64,000 bases of DNA, from NCBI RefSeq assembly GCF_036588685.1, contig NC_086373.1, forward strand, positions 70,928,001-70,992,000, given 5' to 3'. A program made the position numbers and the translations under genes. The DNA is from Mytilus trossulus (taxonomy: Eukaryota). Shown here piece by piece: positions 36,460 to 49,432 of the stretch (position 1 is its first letter; the number at the start of each line of letters is the position of its first letter). The notes below the pieces were generated by a model that did no database searches, was not told where the DNA came from, and saw nothing but the letters and a program-made list of their open reading frames with translations.

Positions 36460-39400
36460 CTGTAATATAAAATGTCAATGTTAGTGACCAGAAAAATAGC
36501 AAATAAAACTTTAGTAGGTGGAATGAAACTGAACAGTAAATATTGTTCAGGCAACAGAAAGGTCTATTTACTGAATCCATTTGCATCCAGGAACTATTGA
36601 AAAGACTTCATATTGTTCTTACTGCTTTGCACACAGAAATTAGTATGAAACTTTTATAAAAATATAGCTAAATTAAAAAGTCTAAAAGATCAAGGTGGAG
36701 ATAGCATATATATCTTACAAAATATAATAGTTGACCTATTTCTTGTAGTATTCAATCGATGATCACTGATCCAAGAAATGGGGTCATAGTCTAATGAATA
36801 TTACCAGACAGAAAGTTACTTCTAACTATCATTTCTGTAAGCAAGCAAATACAGACCTTATCATGAAAAACTAAATATTCACAAATAAAACATAACAAAT
36901 GAAGCCATGGTCATATTAAACCTGGCTGATGTGCATATATACCTTACAATCATTCCATACACCACATATTGTTGACTTATAACCAAAAACACTTACACTC
37001 ATGTGTTGATCACTGATCTCATGATTAAGGTCAGATTAATCTTCCTTACTTTATGTTTACCTTGCAGTAATTCTATATACCAAATGCACTTGTCAATTAC
37101 TCTTAACTACTGAAATCAAAGTTCTAAAAGCACTTAAGGGTAAAGATTGAAGCCATTTACCATTGGAAATTAAAATTAAACATGGCATTGGTTTAAGTAT
37201 TGGAAGGCAACTTCATATATCCTCATTTGCCTATAATTGAAGTTGGTTTAATAACTACAATATGGATAAGGGAAGATAATTCCACCTTACATATTCCTTT
37301 AACAGTGACACCTATTTAGTGTTTAAAAAGATTGAATTCATGAACCATTCTATTCATTTTGTAACTTAAATATCTGTGTATATTTTTTAGTGATAAATGT
37401 TCCTAGATAGGACAAAATGAATGTACAGAGGGAGACTTCAGAATATAAGTCATGTGAAGCATCCAAAAGTTGTAGATAATGGTTTAAAAAATACACTTTT
37501 TATAAAGGTTCTTCAACTATTGCAAAATAAAGTAGTTTCTGCATTTCACTTCTATAAATTAATCATCTAAAAATACACACAATTAAAAGCTTTGAACTAC
37601 ATCTTTGTCCAGGTATAGTGGACAAAATGTTGAAAAAGAGAAGATTAAATGAGGATAGAGTAGACTTTTGTGTAGTATCTACCTGTTTTGCTAACTCATC
37701 AGGATTCATGTTTTCTTTTGGATAGATAGGATCTCCAATAAATGTTCTACAATAACAAACAAACAACAAGAAATTAACAAAATTCTGAACATAATTTATC
37801 ATAACTGAGGGAAATCATTAATCTTTTATCTTAATGTTTTAACCATTAACTCATTGATTGTTATAAAATTCAATGACAAATTAGTGTGAAAGCTTTAATT
37901 ACACGATTTGATTGTTTCCTTTTTTTTTTGGTTTAAAAATGTTAATCAATAAAAAAAATAACTGGTAAGTAATCTGTAATATTTAAGGCAAGCTTTTAGC
38001 CCTCCAGAGTCTATCACACATCTGCAATCAACACAAAATTCTTGAGACATAAAAAATCAAATATGAAGTTAGAAAAATACTGACAAGGTTCCTCATATGG
38101 GAAAATATTGCAGAGTTGGACTAGTTTCTGATACATCAAATATCTTTTGTTTTTATTTTGAATATCAATCAGTGTTGGTGTAAGTGAATATTTCACAAAT
38201 TGAAGGTGTGCTTACTTCATTTTTACAGGAAATATTCCATAAATAGGGACTATTGGTAATCTAGTTTTCTCATATAATCTTCTCAGCCAACCTGGAAATA
38301 AACAATAGGATTCATGAGAAAAATAATTTATCTTAATATTAGTATCATAACATTGAAATTTAATTAAAAATGAGTTATGAAAATGTTTTTTTCTCTAATT
38401 CTGTGGCAGTTTAACCCTTTCTGGACCCTTTGTTAAAAAAATAAAACAGACCACCATCCAGGAAATAAATAAAATAAGCTGTATGTCTTAAACAGATATA
38501 CTTACTTCTTCCAATTCTTGGCGTTCTGAAAGACTCACGTAAATTCTGAGTAAATACTGGATATATTGGCTGAAAATGTAGTACATTGATATAATAACAA
38601 CATAATCTGATTGCAATAATTCATATGATCAGAAATGTTTTCATTCTTCTGTGAGTATCAGACAATACATAACCAGACTTATTTTAGATGACATGTGTTA
38701 TATTTCTAAGGTTTTCCAACTATGTAGAATTAGAATTTGTATCTAAAATTGGTCATATGATAATGAAATTCACTTCTAACGTCATTCACAATTTAAAAAA
38801 CAACTTCTGTATATGCCTTAGTGTAAGAATGTAGAATCTGTTAGATATAAATCACAACCTCAAACAACATATTGGATGTTCATATCCAATACATCACTGA
38901 ACAATGCTTCCATGATAAAGACATCTACAGAGCTCCAGATAAGCTGCATAATTGCGTGATCACGCAGTACAAATAATAGAAAACCCAATGCAATTGTCCA
39001 TTGCATGGTTCTATAACCCAATTAATTCAAAGGAAAACCCAATTATATTCCAAAACCATGAGTTCTCAACCCTTTTGTTGGCTACCGTTTGCGTTATTTA
39101 CCCTTATCTGTTTTCACTTGTTGCGTAAATCTATTTTTATTATATTTATAATTGGAAATGTCCTTTCTTTCTAAAAATAGTTCCCTGCATCAAGTAGCTG
39201 AAATGGGTCCCTGTTGGAATTTTCCCTTGCTCAAAAGGTACATGTGTTGTTGAAATCATTTCCATCTTCTCTGTGTTTATCCAATTAGCATGTGTCATGT
39301 TGTCATATTTTTTTCGAATTGCTCGAGATTTATCATAACATACATTAAATTAAAACGAAAGTGAATGTCGGATAAATATATTGATTAGAAACATGTTTTC

Positions 39401-42400
39401 AGCTTCTTTTGAATAACAGTGAGGGAAAGATATGATGATAACAACACCATGAACACTCAGCCAGTGTTTGCGTACCTTAACAAGAGCATTGCTAATAAAC
39501 ACGGGACTTCGTCTAAAACTAAATCAGTTGCTGTTAGAAAATGTGAAAGGCCAAATGATATCAAATATGAAATGATATGTAATTGGAAACCAAAAGTTCT
39601 AATAAGGGATAACTTAACCCGGCTTATGTAAATTGAATAAAACAAAAACATTCAAGTATAATTAGAGTTTATATACTATTTTTTTTTTCGTTTTACGGTT
39701 AATGAGTGAATACACACACAGACATTCCTCTCAGAATTTTCATATAAAGGTATATAAGAGAAAAAAAGATCTGAGACGAGTGCCTTGGAATACATATGTC
39801 CGTTATTTACAGTTTACACAAGTTGTGAGAAAATGCAACTGGCAGAAGGTTTGAAACGGGACACAAATTAAACCTACAATTGCTCGTCAGTGAATGAAGA
39901 AAATAAAACAGCTATAGCACATATTATTCAAAGAAAGAAACATATTTAAAATGGAAAAACATCCGGTGTGATTATGCCTAAATATTCAATAGTGTGTTGA
40001 TGAAAAAACCCAATACATTAAGGAGCTTGGTGGTGAAAAACCCAATCTGATATTAACTTGAGGGGTGAATTGAAATTGATAATGCAATTAAAAATCTGTA
40101 TCACCCAATTAAATAAGAAAATGGTGGGTAAAAACCCCAATTTGTGAATTCTTATCTGGAGCTCTGCATCTATCTACAAACTTTGTAGCTTTCCTTGGGG
40201 AAAAGAAGACATTGCGGTATGATTGTTCCACTTGATGTTTTAATTTTGGATAAAATTAAGTAAATTTTAGATGTGATTCTCATTACAGAAAAAAACATAT
40301 TTCATAGATACATTCAAAAGAGCCCCCTACAAGTAAACAACCAAAGCTCCCTTATACCAGGTTGGACGTGTTAGATAGAAAATGAAGCTTTTCAAAAGTT
40401 TACAAAACTTTATAAAACACTAATTATTTGAATGTGGAATAATTTTGAATTCTTGAAAATTGACATGGTTCCAGTTTCTTTCACTGATATTTAGGTGTGA
40501 TCTAACTAACCCCCGCAGTCAAGCATGCATGTCTAAACCTCCATAATTGGTTTGTTTTCATTACACAATTTTTTTATCAATTTTCCAGGTTTTAATTAAT
40601 TCCTTGTGTGAATATAACAAAACTAATTAATAAAACAGCAAAATCTATGTACTTTTATCAATTTCTTAGTAATTTAGCACTGGAGTGGCAATAAAAGGAA
40701 TTTCGAGTTCTGAAACACAAATGATTTGCAACATATTAAAGCACTGCTGTGTAAACCTAGTATGTTCAAAAGACCATCTTTCCCCAAAAATATGTGATGT
40801 ACCTGAAAATTACAATTATAATGCTAATTGCCATTCAATAATACAGAGACTGATTCAATCTTACCACATTAGCTTGGATAGCTACTTTAGCAAATCCATT
40901 ACGATTACCCCACATTACTGGATAATATTCATCTCCGAATAAGGCTTCTCTTACACCACCTGAAAAATAGAAACAAAACAGAATAATTACCATTCTAATA
41001 TTCAAGTTCCTTTAATTTGGCTTTAAAGAGGTTTTAGCTAGCCAAGTTCATTTACACCTATTATCATAATAAATAATTTAAACTACATCGCTACACACAT
41101 ATAATAACAATCTGTCATCCACATAATGAAATGTAAGTATCATATACCTTTTACTATAGTTTTGACATGAACTTTCTCAATAAACAACAAGATTCTGTTG
41201 TGAACTCCCATCGTATTAGTGATACACATCATCTTTAAAGAATTGGATAAAATATTGATACATGAAATGGTATACATGAACAAAATGGTCATTTGGAAAA
41301 TATTGGAATGGCTCACATTGTTTTTGATTTTAATTGTTAATAATGGACTGAACAATCTTTCCAAACACAATGTATAGTTGACCTATTGCTTACAGTATCT
41401 GAGAAATTGACCCTGAAAACTTAATTTTGACCTTTGAACCATGCAGCTGAGGTCTAGCTGTCTAGGTCAGATGAACCCTGCAAAATGAACATGTGCACTT
41501 AGAGCATTCCTGTCATACACCAAATACCAATACAGTGGCGGATCCAGGGTTTTTGGGGTTTTTTTGGAGGGGGGGGTTTGAACCCCCCTTTTTTTGGACG
41601 ATCAATGCATTTGAATGGGAACATATAGTTTGAACCCCCACTTAACTCTTAAACAAAAAAGCCCAAAAACCCTTTTTAAAATGTCTGGATCTCACCCTGC
41701 TGTATAGTTTACCTATCCCTTACAGGATCGGAGAAACTGACTTGTCCATAAAAACTTAACATTGATCAATAAACCATGAAAGAGTTAAAAGTAAGTTCTA
41801 TCCCAGACCACTACCTAAAATGTGCTCAACTTTCAGAACATTTACAAAGGCTTGTACAGTATTAAGATCTATAAACACCCTTGTTACATACCTGGAGCAA
41901 TTCCTAAAAGATGTCCTCCCTTCAGAACATTAACACAACTCTGTATAGTCCCTGGTGTAACTCTCATTACTTCCATCAACAGTCTCCAACCTAAACCAAA
42001 TTCAACAAAAGATACAACATTATGTCATCCTGAAAATCTATACAATACGAAATCTCTTCTTTTAGCATTTAAAAATATGATACAATGTAGTAGGTTTCAA
42101 CAAATTAAGATACATATTATTTGCACATAAAAATTTAGTGCATTTTCCACCTTATATTCAAAGTATATACATGTAAGAGGAGATGATAAGGTGTCTGCAC
42201 AATGCTAGGCAGTGTTGTGTTAAAAGTTATAAATAAGTTATGAATAATAAGTTATGAATTAGATCTACTCTAACATTGTTAGGTTGATTTTTTAGGCACT
42301 ATATACATGTATAAATGCCAAAATGGTGATCGCCAGGGGAAACCCACTGTATATCCAATATTTATGTGTGTACAATGTATGAACTATAGAAGGCTCTAAA

Positions 42401-45400
42401 GTGTTATGTGGATGCTAAAAAGTTATGAGTTTGGCTAAGATATAAACATATGTGCTGCAGAATGAATACAAGTAAACTACAGTAGAGTGTGCAATATATC
42501 ATGTTTATGGAAAAGCTTTCTGTTTGTTGTACATTGTATATGTTGGCAAAATTATGTCATATCAACATTTTCTCCTCCTTATATTTTCCACTGGACAGTA
42601 GTTCCTAAACAATCAATTTATATTTGTACTAATGCATTTCATAATATATAATCAAAAACATTATACAAACACATTTGACTCATACCTGGAATGTGAAATA
42701 AGAAGTTATCCCCAACAGCTCGTATATGTCTATTTTTTTCCAACATACACCTAGCTATAATGTAGTAGAAATCTATTGGTATGGTACCATGGTAATATAT
42801 TAAGAGTGCTGGTCCTTCTTTTGGAATCTTGTCCAGGCCTTCAATTTCATAACCTATATTCAACAAAAGAAAATTGTATGTTATATTCTAAATTATAAAC
42901 CAGATGCTCCGCAGGGCGTAGCTTTATACGACCGCAGAGGTTGAACCCTGAACGGTTGGGGCAAGTATGGACACAACATTCAAGCTGGATTCCGTTCTAA
43001 ATTTGGATTGTGATTAAATAGTTGACACAGCATAGGTTTCTGACACAGAATGAATGTATTCAAATGAACTTAAAATTTTTGTTTTCTCTTAGAGCAATTC
43101 ACTATGCTGTTGAATATTAATCCTCTCAAAAAAATGTTTGAAGAAATTTTCTTTTTATTTATGAAATTTCAAATGATAAAAATTGAACCCAATTTTTTAA
43201 TCACATCCCCCATTCCCTTTATATTCCAAAACTAATTTCAATTAATATATTCTAATGGAGTTTGCAACAATTACTACTCATTTAAATACATCATAAAATA
43301 TTAAGATGTAAAAAAACTGCTTGTTATCACTGAATGGTAAAGATTATTTAAATTTATCAGTTGGTAGTAAAAAGTGAATATACATTGTATATTGTATATA
43401 ACAAAGATTTAAGTTGATTCTGGACAAAGAAAGATAACTCCAATTAAAAAAAAATCTTGCAGATATTTCTTGCTTACTATACTGGACAAAGAAAGATAAC
43501 TCTTAATTAAAAAAAAATTTGCTATTTCACAATATTGTGAAATTAGATATTTCTTGCCATTGCACAATACTGTGCAATTGAAAAGACTTGCTATTGCACA
43601 ATACTTAATATAATAATTTTAGATCCTGATTTGGACCAACTTGAAAACTGAGCCCATAATCAAAAATCTAAGTACATGTTTAGATTCAGCATATCAAAGA
43701 GGCCCAAGAATTTAATTTTTGTTAAAATCAAACTTAGTTTAATTTTGGACCCTTTGCACTTTAATTTAGACCAATTTTAAAACTGGACCAAAAATTAAGA
43801 ATCTACATACACAGTTAGATTTGGCATATCAAAGAACCCCAATTATTCAATTTTTGATGAAATCAAACAATGTTTAATTTTGGACCTCGATTTGGGCCAA
43901 CTTGAAAACTGGGCCAATAATCAAAAATCTAAGTACATTTTTAGATTCAGCATATCAAAGAACCCCAAGATTTCAATTTTTGTTAAAATCAAACTAAGTT
44001 TAATTTTGGACCCTTTGGACCTTAATGTAGACCAATTTAAAAACTGGACCAAAAATTAAGAATCTACATACACAGTTAGATTGGCATATTAAATAACCCC
44101 AATTATTCAATTTTGATGAAATCAAACAAAGTTTAATTTTGGACCCTTTGGGCCCCTTTTTCCTTAACTGTTGGGACCAAAACTCCCAAAATCAATACCA
44201 ACCTTCCTTTTATAGTCATAAACCTTGTGTTTAAATTTCATAGATTTCTATTTACTTATACTAACGCTATGGTGCGAAAACCAAGAAAAATGCTTATTTT
44301 GGTCCCTTTTTGGCCCCTAATTCCTAAACTGTTGGGACCGAAACTCCCAAAATCAATACCAACCTTCCTTTTGTGGTCATAAACCTTGTGTCAAAATTTC
44401 ATAGATTTCTATTAACTTAAACTAAAGTTATAGTGCGAAAACCAAGAAAATGCTTATTTGGGCCCTTTTTGGCCCCTAATTCCTAAAATGTTGGGACCAA
44501 AACTCCCAAAACCAATACCAGCCTTCTTTTTATGGTCATAAACCTTGTGTTAAAATTACATAGATTTCTATTCACTTTTACTTAAGTTAGAGTGCGAAAA
44601 CTAAAAGTATTCGGACGACGACGACGACGACGACGACAGACGACAGACGACGACGACGACGACGCCAACGTGATAGCAATATACGACGAAAATTTTTTCA
44701 AAATTTGCGGTCGTATAAAAATATATGAATTTTCAAATTACAGAAAACCCACTTTAACTCTTCCATATCTATGTATCTTAAGCCTGTAATCTAACATCAT
44801 GTCTGATGTAAGTCCACTCTTTATTTATTGTTTTAGAGTTGTTCTTTTTATAAGTTTTAGTAATCTATAAGACATGTAAGACCTGTCAACTCTGATGGTA
44901 AAAATTAATATGCCCCATTCAATCAGTAATGTTTATATCCATATGAAATATATTGCAAAACAATTTAGCTGATAAGATATCAAAATCAAAAATATCTAAA
45001 TGGACATGTCATAGAAATAAGAAGATATGGTATGAGTGCCAATGAGACAACTCTCCATCCAAATCACAAGGTGTAAGTAAAACCATATTAATGGCATTAT
45101 AGGTCAAAGCAAAACCTACAGTCTATTAAATCTATATATATATGAAATGAGCACCACTTATATGTATGAGCCACACCTACAAACAACCACCGCTGAACAG
45201 GCTCCTTACATGCATGCCCATTAAAAACATATAAAATATACATACCATGCCAAATTCTTGCCTGACCATCCCAAAAGGCTGACACCGTCTTTCTTGCTCC
45301 ATCCCAAAAGTCTTGACTATAAGCTTCCCGCAGACGATGTCGATAGTTATGGACATGTAGAAACAAAGCCATTCCATAGAAAAACAATAGAATGACCAAT

Positions 45401-45528
45401 GGCAACAGGAAGGATATGACAATTGGGTACAGTACCCATAATACCCATTTCCAGTAGTTGATGTCAAGGTTGTCAATAGATTCCCAAACATACATGTATG
45501 TTAGGTATGGTATGGTTCCATTCAACAT
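36346..45528 (-). CDS. TMEM68: Transmembrane protein 68 (DIESL-type acyltransferase), 8 coding exons, 320 aa
   Basis: Exons 45528-45246, 42853-42686, 41990-41892, 40959-40865, 38569-38506, 38291-38216, 37746-37683, 36459-36346. All introns are GT-AG and phase-consistent (963 nt). Motifs WDGARKT, YHGTIPID, PGGVREAL, FTQN.RE, HQRIPGNI. Confidence 0.95.
37683..37746 (-). CDS. TMEM68: TMEM68 coding exon 7
   Basis: TFIGDPIYPKENMNPDELAKQ, AG/GT borders. Confidence 0.95.
38216..38291 (-). CDS. TMEM68: TMEM68 coding exon 6
   Basis: WLRRLYEKTRLPIVPIYGIFPVKM, AG/GT borders. Confidence 0.95.
38506..38569 (-). CDS. TMEM68: TMEM68 coding exon 5
   Basis: PIYPVFTQNLRESFRTPRIGR, AG/GT borders. Confidence 0.95.
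38928..40166. mobile_element. Non-autonomous hAT-like element in a TMEM68 intron
   Basis: Perfect 16-bp TIR CAGAGCTCCAGATAAG, flanked by CATCTA on both sides (6-bp TSD). Confidence 0.85.
40865..40959 (-). CDS. TMEM68: TMEM68 coding exon 4
   Basis: GVREALFGDEYYPVMWGNRNGFAKVAIQANV, AG/GT borders. Confidence 0.95.
41533..41699. mobile_element. Short CAGTGGCGGATCCAG-type MITE
   Basis: Same 5' end as 49433-49586, with a degenerate inverted 3' end. Confidence 0.55.
41892..41990 (-). CDS. TMEM68: TMEM68 coding exon 3
   Basis: WRLLMEVMRVTPG..GHLLGIAP, AG/GT borders. Confidence 0.95.
42686..42853 (-). CDS. TMEM68: TMEM68 coding exon 2
   Basis: YEIEGLDKIP..YHGTIPID..FHIP, AG/GT borders. Confidence 0.95.
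42897..44720. mobile_element. Helentron/HINE-like non-autonomous element with internal tandem arrays
   Basis: Subterminal inverted repeat TTTATACGACCGCA (42923-42936) versus TGCGGTCGTATAAA (44706-44719). Two ~261-bp and three ~160-bp internal repeats, (GAC)n microsatellite at 44614-44663. Confidence 0.75.
45246..45528 (-). CDS. TMEM68: TMEM68 coding exon 1
   Basis: MLNGTIPY..RIWH(G), in-frame stop upstream, donor G|GTATG. Confidence 0.9.
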
Positions 45529-45543
45529 TGTGTGGCCAACTGA

Positions 45544-46086
45544 ACACCAAGACAGATAAACCAATCTTCCTTCATCAGTGTATTACAGGTACCCTAAAAG
45601 AAGAAAACAAAATCAACTGTACACCAAGACAGATAAACCAATCTTCCTTCATCAGTGTATTACAGGTACCCTAAAAGAAGAAAACAAAATCAACTGTACA
45701 CCAAGACAGATAAACCAATCTTCCTTCATCAGGGTATTACAGGTACCCTAAAAGAAGAAAACAAAATCAACTGTACACCAAGACAGATAAACCAATCTTC
45801 CTTCATCAGGGTATTACAGGTACCCTAAAAGAAGAATACAAAATCAACTGTACACCAAGACAGATAAACCAATCTTCCTTCATCAGGGTATTACAGGTAC
45901 CCTAAAAGAAGAATACAAAATCAACTGTACACCAAGACAGATAAACCAATCTTCCTTCATCAGGGTATTACAGGTACCCTAAAAGAAGAATACAAAATCA
46001 ACTGTACACCAAGACAGATAAACCAATCTTCCTTCATCAGGGTATTACAGGTACCCTAAAAGAAGAATACAAAATCAACTGTACAC
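45544..46086. repeat. 77-bp tandem repeat x7 spanning a TMEM68 splice acceptor
   Basis: Units start at 45544, 45621, 45698, 45775, 45852, 45929 and 46006. Confidence 0.95.
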
Positions 46087-46689
46087 TATACAATGAACAC
46101 ACAAGGCAAATGGAAAAAGTCACACATTTGATAAATGAAGGAAAAGTGGTCATAAATCTTGTAGGAAATAATAAATTAGAGAATGGGAATGCAGACAAGA
46201 GACAAAGTTTTCGAGTCACAACTGGAGATTTGGAAATTTTCAGCTGGAGTTGGTCTTTTTTAATTTGCTGCTGGGGTATTTGGTGATAACAGAGACGTTT
46301 AATACATTCAATATTTTTAATGTTTTAATATGTAACCAGGATTTGTTATTTTCTATTGATTTATGAGTTTCGAACAGTGGTATACTTCTGTTACCTCTAT
46401 TTAACAGCATCAAGTTAAAGTTGTTTTTTATACAACTTAATCCATTGTCAGAAGGTCACCTTTAATTATCCAGGCGTGTGTCTTAAACTTGCTAGTTGAT
46501 CACCAGGTAATTGCCAATAATCTTTTATTGCTGTATATACAGTCTAATCCAAAACACCTTCATTGATTACTTGACGCTAATTACCTACTTGCCTTTTGAC
46601 ACAAAAAACAATATCAGGCATGACAGGAAATGGTGACTTCCATTTTCCTTGGAGTTTAATGATATCAATTTCGAGTGTCTCAGACTTTA

Positions 46690-47262
46690 TCTATTATTTG
46701 TAAAAACAAGGATATATGATCAAGCAAAACAGACTTTAAATGATCAACTGAACGTTTCATCTAAGTGTTATTTATAAAAATATAGTGTCAATAATGTATG
46801 TTTACAGACTTATCTAACTAAACATATGAATTTTAGAGTGTATTTAACTCGCCTTAGATTGTCATCTCATAATTTGTTTGTTGAAGTAGGCCATAATCAT
46901 GAAGTAAATAGGTTAGATAGAAAGTGTACTCTTTGTACTTTGAATATCACTGAAGATTAATTCCATTTTGTTTTACAATGTGAATGTTATAGAGACTTAA
47001 GGAGACAGTTTATTTAACCTTATTATTATAGACGTCCATCGTCGTTCAAATTAGTGCAACTTCTCAGCACTGAAAATGTAAAAGATTTGCGTAATTTGTG
47101 CAAATTCTTGTTTAATGCACTTAATCATAGGACCAAACTGTTATTGGTCAATACTTGATATTTATTTGCTTCTCTGATGTATTATGTCATGTTGTGTTAT
47201 AGAAATGTTTTTGTATTTATTGCACTGATAAGCATAATGTGCTTAAAGTAATAAAGAATTGA
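46690..47262 (+). mobile_element. 3' remnant of a CR1-type LINE
   Basis: RLRLSSHNLFVEVG..RKCTLC..ED*FHFVLQC (CCHC finger) with in-frame stops, ending AATAAAGAATTGAA. Confidence 0.7.
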
Positions 47263-47619
47263 ACTATGTCAGTATAAATTTTGTAAACAAAAATGTCTAC
47301 TGAAATTTTTCTAGGTTGACAATTTCAAAAAGCAGAATATTTCAAATTTGAACAGGAGGGACAAAGGTCTGAAAAGCAGATTTTGACTCCTGCCAGAACT
47401 ATCACATGTATGGGAATGGGAAGAACACAGTCAAAGGCCACCAATAGGTCTTCAACACATTGAGAAAATCCTGCTCCCTGAGCACAGGGCCAGTTATCAT
47501 AGATGTTTTGGGGTGGAAATATATGCCAGTTGACTGGTATGCGTTATACATTGTTTTAATATGTGCCCATGAGCTATTAACACAATGAACAAGGCATACT
47601 AGTCACATGGCTTATATTT

Positions 47620-48439
47620 GAATTATAGTTATCCCGTACCAATGTAAACTCGTACCAACGTCAACTCGTACCACTTTACAAAAACTCGTACCAATGCAAA
47701 CTCGTACCACTGCTTACTCATACCAACTTATTTAAATGCATTTAAATGGTGTTTAATGATGTATGGAATTTACTTTCACTCAATACCTCTCAAGTCTGTA
47801 AAATGTATATAATTTGAATGTACAATGACCAATTTGCAGCTAATGTTCCCTGTCTATTGGATAGAAAATACCGTGGCAGATTTGCTTTGTTGTCTCCTTT
47901 GACTTTTTTAAACTTTTACCGATTATTATTGAATTTAATTTTTAGCAGTTAATCAAAATAATCAAAATGATTTCCAAAATGAAATTCTTACTTTTGATAA
48001 ATAACAAGTTACAATAAAATGTAACCGTTTCCTGTTCCCGAATTTTCCCGCCAAAAATCACATGGCTTTAACAATTGTAAACATAGCATTCATGGACTAC
48101 AGCATTCATTAATTTAATTTGGATAATTTGGATATAGATATTCAACTTAAGGTACAGTTAAAGTAATGTTTTTTTCTTTCTTCTGGATTATAACTACTTT
48201 GAAAGATCAGCTTAAAAAATAAAGCTTTTTAGAAAAACATTCGTATTTTTGTCTATAAAACTCAGTATAAAATTCAAGTAATTCAACATTAATTTTTTTA
48301 AGTTTACAACAAAATAGCATAAAATATTCGTAATTTTTAATATATTTTTGATGGTACGAGTTTGCAGTGGTACAAGTTAACTTTTTTGGTACGAGTTAAC
48401 ATGGGACGAGTTTCCGTTGGTACGAGTTAACTTGCTTCC
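47620..48439. mobile_element. MULE/foldback-like MITE nested in a smaller palindromic element (~47485-48478)
   Basis: Repeated AACTCGTACCA on the left and TGGTACGAGTT on the right, 9-bp TSD CTTATATTT. Outer inverted repeat TATCATAGATGTT / AACATCTATGATA. Confidence 0.75.
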
Positions 48440-49029
48440 CTTATATTTCCGCCCCATAACATCTATGATATGACCCCCCTAAAGAGGCCCCTATAGTTAT
48501 CTACATGTATACACCTTATTGCTATTTGTCTGCCATTGCTGGATATCACACAGGTTCCTGTATAATTTTGAGGTCATAAAACAAAATATCTGATATCTGA
48601 TAAACAATGGAAAAGTTATTGTCATGTGACGCCAAAGTTCAAGCGACCGGGTCAGCCAGGCATAGTGATACGGTGTATTGTTATCCCAGGTGGTTAAGTG
48701 GTTTCAAGCATAAGATAATCATATTTATGGGAAACAGTGGGGGAAAGTATTGTAATTGGCAGTTAAACACTAACTTCATTATATTTCTGAATTATATTCA
48801 AAAGTCAAAGTGAGAAGGTACCAAGTGAAAATGTACATGTATGAGGAACAGCACGAGATTTTTATTCTCAGTAAAAATAGCTACCAGGATGTAAATTATC
48901 CATACAATAGACACGATGATACTGTAGATAACAGTTAAAAAACAGATTCATTAATTCTGAAATTAAGTATCATAATGTTTTTAAATCATAAATTAAATGT
49001 TATTTTTAATTTTCGTGATTCCAAGTTAC

Positions 49030-49100
49030 CGCAAAGCCATCCGGATGTTGTCAGGACAGAATAATTTCAGACGCTAAACGGGTAAAAATCCGGAAACAAA
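49030..49100 (-). promoter_or_regulatory. Possible TMEM68 non-coding first exon / promoter
   Basis: Local CpG enrichment, ETS-like CCGGAA/CCGGAT, candidate donor GCG|GTAACT at 49030/49029. Inference only. Confidence 0.3.
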
Positions 49101-49299
49101 TAGGTTCAATTTTGTCAAAATAAGCTAAGAAACATCGATGATGAATTATTCACTTGCAGGTGAATAATTCGACCTCATTGAATTCGTATTCATATGAATT
49201 TAAGCCCTTAGCTTAAGATTGATAACACGTGATTTATGCGTGTTCGGTTTTTATAAGAAAAGAATGTCAACATTTAATGTGAAACCGTTGAAACTGAGC

Positions 49300-49414
49300 C
49301 ACAGGCACTTGTTTCTGTCAATATGGGGTTTACTATCCATACAAGTACAAACAAACTTTTTTTTTGTACTTGTATGGATAGTAAACCCCATATTGACAGA
49401 AACAAGTGCCTGTG
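49300..49414. mobile_element. Perfect-hairpin MITE (115 bp) with 8-bp TSD
   Basis: 52-bp perfect inverted arms CACAGG..CCTGTG, AACTGAGC on both sides. Confidence 0.92.
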
Positions 49415-49432
49415 AACTGAGCCGGTAAATCA

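Noticed and set aside
44592-44789. ORF with poly-Arg and poly-Asp
   Set aside because: Translation of the (GAC)n microsatellite in the Helentron-like element.
45529-45564. Longer TMEM68 N-terminus from the ORF track
   Set aside because: Starts at TTG with an in-frame TAA just upstream. The first in-frame ATG is at 45528.
35201-46086. 91-bp and 77-bp arrays as CRISPR-like loci
   Set aside because: Head-to-tail repeats without unique spacers, no cas genes, eukaryotic context.
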